A stretch of 32,000 nucleotides of DNA, taken from assembly GCF_040222385.1 (NCBI RefSeq), contig NZ_JAVKDF010000010.1, positions 52,322-84,321 on the forward strand. The letters run 5' to 3'. The notes beneath the pieces were generated by a model, which searched no databases, was not told the DNA's origin, and saw only the letters and a program-made list of their open reading frames with translations. Each line of letters begins with the position of its first letter. The first letter of the stretch is position 1. The stretch comes from Imperialibacter sp. (GTDB lineage: Bacteria > Bacteroidota > Bacteroidia > Cytophagales > Cyclobacteriaceae). A program made the position numbers and the translations under genes. This document shows, piece by piece, positions 16,314-25,000 of the stretch.

Positions 16314-17513
16314 TTAAGGTTCCTCGACAGGCTTTTTATCAATTAGCTCGACAGGAGGAGAAGTTGTGTGTGTAAATGACCTATGAGCCAGAATGAGGCT
16401 GTAGGGGATGATAAAGAATGTGAGTAGTATATAGGCAAAACCCACGATGCGGTACCTCAGCGTAAATTTACCAAGGAGTTCAGCCATTTTAACAGGAATC
16501 CTTCGAATAACAGGGAAGGGCAGGAATATTAGGACACCGATTAAATTGAACAACAGGTGGGCAATTGCCACGGCTATGGCTTCTTCCGACTTGAACAGCG
16601 CTGCAATAATGGCAGTAATCGTTGTTCCAACATTGGCTCCCAGGATGAAGTTGAAGGCTTTTTGTACGGAGATTTTGCGGGTAGCTGCCAAAGGAACAAT
16701 AAGGGAAGTAGTGATGGAACTCGACTGAATGCCAGCCGTGAGGAGGGTTCCCCATCCAAAGGCCTTGAAAGGATTGTTAAAAACAATATTTTCAAAATTC
16801 ACCTTGGACTGACCGATCAGTCTTTTGTAGATGATATTCGACAGCAGCTTGATGCAGCCTATCAGTACCAGAAATGAAACAATGAGAAGAACTATGGGGT
16901 GTGATATCCAAAGACTTACCCAGTGGCTGATGGGATCAAACAATAATGTGTTGATATTAAATATCGGTCCGCTTTTCGAAAATAAATCTCCACCACTAAG
17001 TGAGGAGGCTATTTCACGAGAGAGGCGGGAAAGCAGGTGGTATTTTAGCTCTAGTGGAAAAAGAATGATGGTAGTGAGGATGTTGAAAATGTCGTGCACT
17101 GCCCCAGCCGCAATGGCTTTTCTGAACTCATTTCTCTTGGTGATATAACCAAGCGATACAATTGATGACGTGATAGTGGTGCCAATATTGGCACCCATAA
17201 TAATGGGGACGGCATCCTCAAATGAGATTGAGCCAACAGCAACGGCCGCCACAATCATGGTGGTGCTTGACGAACTGCTTTGTATAAGTGCTGTAATCAG
17301 AAGGCCAATAAACAAGCCAACGAATGGGTCTGAAGTGGCAGACAGGATGGATTGGGCAGCAGTTTCGGTGAGCTGGTTGAAGGCTTGCCCCATCATATTG
17401 ATGGAAAGGAGAAAGATGAAAACAGTGATGAGGACGTACCCGATATTACGGTACAGGTTTTTCGCAGAAGTCTGCTTTCCCTCGTCTATGTTTAAAACTT
17501 TCTTGACGGTCAT
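16314..17513 (-). CDS. Na+/phosphate cotransporter family protein (type II NaPi, NptA-like)
   Basis: The ORF is 399 aa. It has the duplicated Na_Pi_cotrans repeats QSSSSSTTMIVA...GANIGTTITS and QSSSITTSLIV...GANVGTTITA. Confidence 0.88.
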   Translation of the reverse strand: MTVKKVLNIDEGKQTSAKNLYRNIGYVLITVFIFLLSINMMGQAFNQLTETAAQSILSATSDPFVGLFIGLLITALIQSSSSSTTMIVAAVAVGSISFEDAVPIIMGANIGTTITSSIVSLGYITKRNEFRKAIAAGAVHDIFNILTTIILFPLELKYHLLSRLSREIASSLSGGDLFSKSGPIFNINTLLFDPISHWVSLWISHPIVLLIVSFLVLIGCIKLLSNIIYKRLIGQSKVNFENIVFNNPFKAFGWGTLLTAGIQSSSITTSLIVPLAATRKISVQKAFNFILGANVGTTITAIIAALFKSEEAIAVAIAHLLFNLIGVLIFLPFPVIRRIPVKMAELLGKFTLRYRIVGFAYILLTFFIIPYSLILAHRSFTHTTSPPVELIDKKPVEEP

Positions 17514-17548
17514 CCAATTGAAGAGTTGTTGCCAGAAGAAGCAAGCCG

Positions 17549-17556
17549 CAAAGTTA
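17549..17556 (-). promoter_or_regulatory. Candidate -7 promoter box (TAACTTTG) for the Na/Pi cotransporter gene
   Basis: It is an exact TAnnTTTG match on the minus strand, 36 nt upstream of the ATG at 17513. The same octamer occurs upstream of rpsP. Confidence 0.42.
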
Positions 17557-17911
17557 TCAAAAACTAATTGTTCAATCCGTTAGCGATATGAAACTATTGT
17601 TAATTCACCTTGTGCTCAAACGCTTGAACTGGGGAAGCAAGCTGATTTGCCTATTGTGAAGGCCAGTTGCACGTTATTAAAGGCAGTGAATGCCCGGTTT
17701 GAGATCATAAATTTGAGGGAAAATGTGCCTTTTTTTGGCCATTAACCATACTTACCATATAATCTGGTTAGCCAAAACAGTAACCCTGCTTGTGTTAAGA
17801 TAATATTAATCATGTTTCTAAATTGTTAAGTAAACGAGGGTTTGTTAATATATAGTTATCAATTTCTTAACATTGTAGCTCTTCCCTACGAGAGCAACCG
17901 ACCTAAGATTC

Positions 17912-19072
17912 ATGCAGAGAGTGATCAACATTGTAATAGCCTTCTTTTTAACCCTATCGTTCATTTTACCAGGTATTGTCAAAGCACAGGACATTACCGA
18001 AAGCAAATTCGGAAGCGGAATCTCAGTATTTGCCAGAGACTCTTCATTTTCGATGAAGTTTAGCACCAGGTTTCAGACTTTGTATGAGGGAGTATACGAC
18101 ATGGGGCTCGACAAATACAAAGACAACCTATTGATAAGGAGAGCAAGGTTGAAGTTTGACGGGTTTGTGCATAACCCAAAAATACAATACAAGATTGAGT
18201 TGGGCTTGAGTGGTAGCGACATTGGCAATCAGGACATTGTTTCTGAATCGAATTATGCGCCACTGCAAATCCTTGATGCCGTGATAAAATACAACTTCCA
18301 TGGAAACTGGAGCCTGTGGGTTGGCCAAACGAAACTTCCCGGAAACGTGGAACGGGTAATTTCATCTCAATCGTTACAGTTTGTTGACCGAAGTTTTCTT
18401 AACTCAAGATACAACCTTGACAGAGACCGGGGAGTTCAGGTTCGCTATGATGGGGAGACATTTGGTTTAATAACTGCGGTTTCCATAGGAGAGGGCAGGA
18501 ATATTTCCGAGGAGAATCAAGGTGGATACGACTATACGGCCAGATTTGAGTGGCTTCCCCTCGGGCGATTCAGGAGCAATGGCGACTATGTTGGAGCCGA
18601 CCTCAAAAGAGAATCGACTCCAAAGCTGATGGTTGGAATTGTCTACGACTATAACGACAACACTAATAGGGAAAGAGGCCAGTTGGGTAGAGTATTAAGT
18701 GAAAACAGGATTCTGCAGGCTGTGTTTGTGGATATGCATTTTAAGTACAGAGGATGGTCGGTGATGTCGGAGTATGTTAATAAGCAAGCACCGAACGGGC
18801 CCGTCGTTTCAGACGGAACTTATTATACTGGCACTGGCCTTAATATTCAAGCAGGATACTTACTCAAAAATAATTTCGAATTGGCCCTTAGGTTTACGGA
18901 AGTGCTGCCAGCCGTCGAAACATTGCGAGCAGGTATTCATCAATATACTTTTGGCGTCTCAAAATATATCGTTGGTCATTCTCTTAAAATACAGTCGGAC
19001 TTGACAAGGATAGAAATTGAAGGAGGGGACGGCTCAATGATGTATCGTGCGCAGGTTGAGGTATCTTTTTAG
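17912..19072 (+). CDS. Outer-membrane porin, phosphate-selective OprO/OprP (Porin_O_P) family
   Basis: The ORF is 386 aa. It has a signal peptide (AFFLTLSFILPGIVKAQ), beta-barrel-type alternating sequence, an RRARLKFDG motif and a C-terminal aromatic residue (VSF). Confidence 0.78.
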   Translation: MQRVINIVIAFFLTLSFILPGIVKAQDITESKFGSGISVFARDSSFSMKFSTRFQTLYEGVYDMGLDKYKDNLLIRRARLKFDGFVHNPKIQYKIELGLSGSDIGNQDIVSESNYAPLQILDAVIKYNFHGNWSLWVGQTKLPGNVERVISSQSLQFVDRSFLNSRYNLDRDRGVQVRYDGETFGLITAVSIGEGRNISEENQGGYDYTARFEWLPLGRFRSNGDYVGADLKRESTPKLMVGIVYDYNDNTNRERGQLGRVLSENRILQAVFVDMHFKYRGWSVMSEYVNKQAPNGPVVSDGTYYTGTGLNIQAGYLLKNNFELALRFTEVLPAVETLRAGIHQYTFGVSKYIVGHSLKIQSDLTRIEIEGGDGSMMYRAQVEVSF

Positions 19073-19139
19073 CCAGGGAGCTTTCACCGTCAATGGCTCA
19101 TAAGGTTAAGTAATATGCGAAGACGACAAAATAAAAGCC

Positions 19140-19165
19140 TTAACACTTTCTTAACAGTGGTAACA
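19140..19165 (+). promoter_or_regulatory. Phased direct repeats TTAACA-N5-TTAACA-N3-GTAACA (candidate response-regulator site)
   Basis: TTAACA occurs at 19140-19145 and 19151-19156, an 11-bp period, and GTAACA at 19160-19165. They occupy the -33 region relative to the -7 box at 19177. Confidence 0.35.
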
Positions 19166-19176
19166 AAAACTATATT

Positions 19177-19184
19177 TAGCTTTG
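19177..19184 (+). promoter_or_regulatory. Candidate -7 promoter box (TAGCTTTG) for the PiT-like gene
   Basis: It is an exact TAnnTTTG match, 32 nt upstream of the ATG at 19216. Confidence 0.45.
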
Positions 19185-19215
19185 CCGGAACTTTCAAATT
19201 AAGCGTACACCTGCG

Positions 19216-20346
19216 ATGTCTTCCAAACCGTCTGATAGTATCACTACACAAAAGCTAGGCAAAGGGGCTTTTAAATTGTTTAGCGTGTCAAAAAAGGAGA
19301 GAAACTATCTTTATTTTTTGCTTGCCATCACGTTTGTCTGCGGTATGGTGTATCCCTATCAGGAGGTGGCTATGTGGGTTGCGTTTGCTTTGGCTGGCTA
19401 TTCTGCCATTGCCAATGATAGTATTCAAACCATTGGCACTTTTATTTCTTCAAACTCCCATAGGAAGTGGTATCACTTGTGGCTTTTCATGGGACTGATT
19501 TTCCTTGTTACAGTTACTTATAGCTGGATCACTTATGGTGGAGATGTATCGTATCAGCGGTTGAATACAAAAGGCCTTGAGGTAGCACCTACTTCCTTCA
19601 GTTTTCTTCAGGTTGCCGCTCCGGTAATCCTATTGGTTCTTACAAGACTTCGAATGCCGGTATCAACTTCAATCCTACTGTTGAGTGCCTTCTCTACCAA
19701 AGCTAGCTCCATTGGAGGTATTTTATCAAAAAGTCTTGTGGGCTATGCACTGGCTTTCGTCATCGCCATCATTGTTTGGACGCTAACCGCACAGCTATTT
19801 GATAAATATGCTAAGAAAAAACCGGCACACTGGTGGGCACCGCTGCAATGGCTTACCAGCGGGGCATTGTGGTCGGTTTGGATCATGCAGGATGCTGCAA
19901 ACATAGCGGTTGTATTGCCAAGGGCGTTAAACACTGTGGAGTTTGTTGCATTTGCGTCATTTATATTTCTTGGCCTAGGTGTGCTGTTCTACCTCAAAGG
20001 GGACAAGATACAGTCGATCGTGGAAGAGAAGGCAGACATTACTGATGTGAGGGCCGCCACAATAGTCGACCTGGTTTATGCATGCCTCCTCTACTACCTG
20101 AAGGTAGTTAATACGATTCCGATAAGTACCACCTGGGTCTTTATAGGGCTTTTGGGAGGCCGTGAGTTGGCGATCAACTACATGAAGAAAAACAAGTCCA
20201 GCCGCAGAAAGGGAATAAGAAAGAGCATGAAGCTGATAGGCAAGGATGCTCTGTATGCCGGTATTGGATTGGTCATTTCCATTTTTCTCGCCTTGTCGAT
20301 CAACGACGACATGAGGAAAGAGTTTTTTGACCTGATAGGCTGGTAA
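19216..20346 (+). CDS. Divergent PiT/PHO4-like inorganic phosphate transporter (polytopic membrane protein)
   Basis: The ORF is 376 aa. It has two-fold internal repeats resembling the PiT signatures: AIANDSIQTIGTF with RMPVSTSILLLSA, and IMQDAANIAVVL with TIPISTTWVFIGLLGG. It sits directly downstream of the OprO/P-type porin gene. Confidence 0.68.
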   Translation: MSSKPSDSITTQKLGKGAFKLFSVSKKERNYLYFLLAITFVCGMVYPYQEVAMWVAFALAGYSAIANDSIQTIGTFISSNSHRKWYHLWLFMGLIFLVTVTYSWITYGGDVSYQRLNTKGLEVAPTSFSFLQVAAPVILLVLTRLRMPVSTSILLLSAFSTKASSIGGILSKSLVGYALAFVIAIIVWTLTAQLFDKYAKKKPAHWWAPLQWLTSGALWSVWIMQDAANIAVVLPRALNTVEFVAFASFIFLGLGVLFYLKGDKIQSIVEEKADITDVRAATIVDLVYACLLYYLKVVNTIPISTTWVFIGLLGGRELAINYMKKNKSSRRKGIRKSMKLIGKDALYAGIGLVISIFLALSINDDMRKEFFDLIGW

Positions 20347-20348
20347 CT

Positions 20349-21539
20349 TTAAACAGTCAGCTCTTTCAAAGCCAGCCAGGTCATAAGCCCCACGCCAAGC
20401 TCTAAAGCACTTTCATCAATATCGAACGTGGGTGTGTGAACTCCGGAAGTGATGCCATTAGCGTCATTTCTGGTGCCTAGTCGATAGAAGCATGAATCGA
20501 TGTGGTGGGAGTAGAAGGCAAAGTCCTCAGCTGCCATCCAGATATCAAGATCTACAACTTTGTCTTTCCCCAAAAATTCTTCCGCCCATAATTTAGAGCG
20601 ATTGGTGAGTCGCTCATCATTAGCAAGAAAGGGATAGCCCTTCATGATGTTAAAGTCGCAAGCCGCCCCCATTGACTCTGCAATGCCTTCCGCCATTTTT
20701 TTCATTTTTGCATGGGCATCCATTCTCCACTCTTCGTTGAGGGTTCTAAATGTGCCCTTTAGCTTGACCTCAGAAGGAATTACGTTTGTCGCTCCCTTCC
20801 CTTCAATATCGCCAAACGAAAGCACGGAAGGTATCTTTGGGCTGGCCATTCTACTAACCACCTGCTGCAATGCTGTAATAATGTAAGCAGTCACTACGAT
20901 AGGATCTACCAAAGTTTCAGGCATGGCAGCATGGCCACCCTGGCCTTTTACCGTCACATATATTTCGTCAGCGCTGGCCATGTACATGCCAGGCCGAAAC
21001 CCTACCGTGCCAGCAGGTAGCAACGGCATCACATGCTGACCAAAAAGACTTTTTGGAGAAGGGTTGGTAAGCACGCCCTCTTTGATCATTAAGCTGGCGC
21101 CTCCCGGTAGTTTTTCTTCTCCAGGCTGAAAAATGAGCTTAACGGTTCCCTCAAATTCATTCTTCAATGCACATAGGATTTTGGCAACACCGAGAAGTGA
21201 GGAGGTATGAACATCATGGCCGCAGGCATGCATAACACCCTCGTTTGTTGATTTATAAGGTGCAGTGTTCTTTTCCAAAATGGGCAAAGCGTCGATGTCT
21301 GCCCTCAGTGCTACAATTTTTCTATCTGGATTTTTCCCCTTTATAATAGCCACCGTACCAGTAGTGGCCATTTCGTCCAACTGGTCAATGGGAAGCTTTC
21401 CAAGAAATTCTCTGATGTAGCTTGCTGTGTTGTACTCCTCAAAGGACAGCTCAGGGTTAGCGTGCAGATGTCTTCGTACGCCGATAATTTCCTCCGAAAA
21501 CTGATTGCTAAGCGTTTTGATTCTGTCTTTCAAATTCAT
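20349..21539 (-). CDS. M20 family amidohydrolase (N-acyl-L-amino acid amidohydrolase / hippurate hydrolase-like)
   Basis: The ORF is 396 aa with RRHLHANPELSFEE, MHACGHDVH and GEEKLPGGA motifs. Confidence 0.92.
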   Translation of the reverse strand: MNLKDRIKTLSNQFSEEIIGVRRHLHANPELSFEEYNTASYIREFLGKLPIDQLDEMATTGTVAIIKGKNPDRKIVALRADIDALPILEKNTAPYKSTNEGVMHACGHDVHTSSLLGVAKILCALKNEFEGTVKLIFQPGEEKLPGGASLMIKEGVLTNPSPKSLFGQHVMPLLPAGTVGFRPGMYMASADEIYVTVKGQGGHAAMPETLVDPIVVTAYIITALQQVVSRMASPKIPSVLSFGDIEGKGATNVIPSEVKLKGTFRTLNEEWRMDAHAKMKKMAEGIAESMGAACDFNIMKGYPFLANDERLTNRSKLWAEEFLGKDKVVDLDIWMAAEDFAFYSHHIDSCFYRLGTRNDANGITSGVHTPTFDIDESALELGVGLMTWLALKELTV

Positions 21540-22049
21540 CTATTCTACGGGTATTTTTTCCGGAAGTAGGAGAGCGTTGGGGAACACTTCCCGAACCTGA
21601 GCATATACCTGATTAGCCTCTAGTCTGGAATAAAACTTTCCTAGTTTTACCTTAAAGTTGGGCTGGACGTAAACAACCTGGGAAGGAATGTCCAATCCGA
21701 TAGACCGAAGCTGTGCTCTTGCATTATTCGCCTGGTCTCTGTTTGGGCCGGAGTATACCTGAACAGTAAAGCCATCTACAACCCTTTTTTGGAGGTTTTT
21801 TTCGGCAATAAACATTACTACGCTATCGAGCTCTTGAGTGATATCGTATTGTGTGTTCAGTGGTTCTAGAGAAGCCGTCGACTTGGTGGTTTCTGCTGGT
21901 TTAAGGGGGTTTTCCTCCGTGGTAATAACCGGGTGTAAAATGGACAGATCTTCAGAATAAGAGTCAGTAGAGCCAGTAGAAGGAACTACCTTTTTTGAAC
22001 ACCCATACAGGATAAAAACACCAAGTGCTAAAGAAACGACTCTATTCAT
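21540..22049 (-). CDS. SPOR domain-containing lipoprotein
   Basis: The ORF is 169 aa with a lipobox (ILYGC). The C-terminal SPOR-like domain runs from GFTVQVYSG to FKVKLGKFYSRLEANQV. Confidence 0.85.
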   Translation of the reverse strand: MNRVVSLALGVFILYGCSKKVVPSTGSTDSYSEDLSILHPVITTEENPLKPAETTKSTASLEPLNTQYDITQELDSVVMFIAEKNLQKRVVDGFTVQVYSGPNRDQANNARAQLRSIGLDIPSQVVYVQPNFKVKLGKFYSRLEANQVYAQVREVFPNALLLPEKIPVE

Positions 22050-22055
22050 AGCTGG

Positions 22056-25000
22056 TTAGTCTTCAATATTGATTACAACACATTTGTTGTTGTTCACATC
22101 TTGCTCCACAGTCTTATATTTCACGCCTTCTTTTAAAGTGCCGTCAGTGTACTGCACAGTCACCCGATCGTTTCTTCCGGCCACTTTCTGCGACTTCATT
22201 GGCTCTGGGCGGGTAACGGCTGGCCTTGAACCAACAGGTTGCCCCTCTTTTCCTTCCAGCAAAGAACGTGACTCTTCCTTACTCTCTTTGTAATCACTTT
22301 TCGTGCGGGTTTGGCGAGCTTCTCTTACCTGGCTCGGATCCTGGCTTGGTATATCGGCCTTGATAAGGAAAGACATAGTTTCCTCATTTACCTTGGCGAG
22401 GAATACTTTGAACAATTCGAACGCTTCAAATTTGTAGATCAAAAGCGGGTCTTTTTGCTCGTATACAGCATTTTGAACAGACTGCTTCAAGTCATCCATC
22501 TCACGAAGGTGCTCCTTCCAGGTTTGGTCAATAAGCGCCAGGGTGATCATTTTCTCCATGGCCGCCACCATCTCCTTACCCTCGGTGTCCACCGCTTTCT
22601 TTAGATTAACCACAATGCCGAGTTGCTTTTTCCCGTCTGTAAATGGTACAAGAATATCGACTACAGTGGCTCCTTTATTGTCAAGAGTGTGCTTAAGAAC
22701 TGGCAATGCCTTTTCCCGGATCGCAGCCTTTCTGGCGGTGTAGTGAGCCAGCACTTCATCATAAAGTCTGGCAGCAAGTGCGTCGCTTTTGATACCGGCA
22801 AACTCTTCCTGGCTGATACGCATGTCCAGACCGAAAGTGCTAAGCGCATTCAGTCTAAAGCCATCATAGTCTTGAGAGGCAGTAGCCGATATAGCCAAAT
22901 CCTCAGACGTATCGTACATCATGTTGAGGATGTCAAGCTGTAGCCTTTCACCAAACAAAGCGTTCTTTCTTCTGGTGTAGATCACCTCTCGTTGAGAGTT
23001 CATGACATCGTCATATTCCAGGAGGCGCTTACGCATGGCGAAGTTGTTCTCTTCTACCTTCTTTTGAGCTCTTTCAATCGACTTGGTAATCATCGAATGC
23101 TGGATTACTTCGCCTTCTTCCAGTCCCATTCTGTCCATCCACTTGGCAATCCTGTCTGAGCCGAACAATCGCATCAGGTTGTCTTCAAGCGACACAAAGA
23201 ACTGCGAAGATCCCGGGTCACCTTGTCGGCCTGATCGGCCTCTCAACTGCCTGTCGACCCTTCTCGATTCATGCCTTTCAGTTCCTACAATGGCCAAGCC
23301 TCCAGCTTTTTTCGACTCTTCGGTCAGTTTTATATCCGTACCACGCCCCGCCATGTTGGTGGCAATTGTTACGGTAGAAGGGTGGCCCGCTTCGGCCACA
23401 ATTTCCGCCTCTCGCTGGTGTTGCTTGGCGTTTAGTACGTTGTGCTTAATTTTACGGATATTGAGCATGCGGCTTAGTACTTCCGAAATTTCTACAGAAG
23501 TAGTACCCACCAGCACTGGTCTACCGGCTTCAGTAAGCGCAACAATTTCATCAATAACAGCATTGAACTTCTCACGCATGGTCTTGTAGACCTTGTCTTC
23601 CATGTCTTTCCTAACAATCGGTCTGTTAGTTGGAATGACAACCACATCAAGTTTGTAAATCTCCCAAAGTTCACCAGCTTCGGTTTCGGCCGTACCAGTC
23701 ATACCGGCCAGCTTGTGGTACATTCTGAAGTAGTTCTGCAGGGTGATGGTTGCATAAGTCTGCGTTGCATCTTCCACGGTCACGCTTTCTTTCGCTTCAA
23801 TTGCCTGATGAAGGCCGTCTGAATAGCGGCGCCCTTCCATCATACGGCCGGTTTGCTCGTCCACAATCTTCACTTTGCCATCAATCACTACATACTCGGT
23901 GTCTTTTTCAAAAAGCGTATATGCTTTTAGCAGCTGATTAACGGTGTGGATACGCTGCGCTTTGATTTGGTAGTCTTTGATGACCGACTCTTTCTTTTTC
24001 AGGATATCGATTTCGGCAAGAGAGGTGTCACCCTCAAGCTTTGCAATTTCCATCCCAATATCAGGCATAATGAAGAAATTGGGATCTTCGCCATCACCTG
24101 TAATCATATCGACACCCTTCTCAGTCAGCTCGATAGAGTTATTTTTTTCCTCAATGGTAAAAAGCAAAGGCTCATCCGCCTCCGGCATCATCCGTTGATT
24201 GTCAGCCAGGTAGATATTCTCCGTTTTTTGAAGAACATTTCTTATACCTGTTTCACTGAGGTATTTGATCAAAGGCTTGTATTTGGGAAGCCCCCTGTGA
24301 GCTCTGAACAGTGATAAGCCGCCATCTGTCTCGTTGCCCTCGGCAATTTGTTTTTTGGCGTCATTCAGAAACTGCGCACATAGCTTGCGTTGAGATTCAA
24401 CCAGCTTAAATATTCTTGGCTTCAGTTCGTAAAACTCATGCTCATCTCCTTTAGGGATAGGCCCTGAAATGATAAGAGGTGTTCTGGCCTCATCCACAAG
24501 TACGGAGTCAACCTCATCCACCATAGCATAGTGGTGTTCCCGCTGCACCAGCTCCTCTGGGCTTCTGGCCATGTTGTCCCGCAGGTAGTCAAAGCCAAAT
24601 TCGTTGTTGGTGCCGTACGTAATGTCGGCGAGATAAGCGTTTCTTCTCTCCTGTGAGTTGGGTTGGTGCCTGTCGACACAGTCAACCGTTAGCCCATGAA
24701 ACTGGAACAAGGGAGCGTTCCACTCTGAGTCACGCTTGGCCAGGTAGTCGTTTACAGTAACAATATGGACGCCTTTACCAGCAAGAGCGTTCAAATAGGC
24801 AGGTAGAGTAGCCACAAGGGTTTTTCCTTCACCAGTAGTCATTTCAGCAATCTTACCAGTGTGTAGTACAACTCCACCAATGAGCTGAACATCATAGTGA
24901 ACCATGTTCCACTCCACTTCGGTGCCTGCTGCCAGCCATTTATTGGACCATTCGGCGGTCTCCCCATTGATTTTTATGTGGGGCTTCGTGGCTGCCATCT

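Noticed and set aside
17588-17659. A 23-codon hydrophobic ORF (MKLLLIHLVLKRLNWGSKLICLL) in the long intergenic region.
   Set aside because: It has no ribosome-binding or promoter context that I can see, it is too short to evaluate, and it is compatible with chance in AT-rich DNA. It is mentioned only as part of the finding on the unassigned region.
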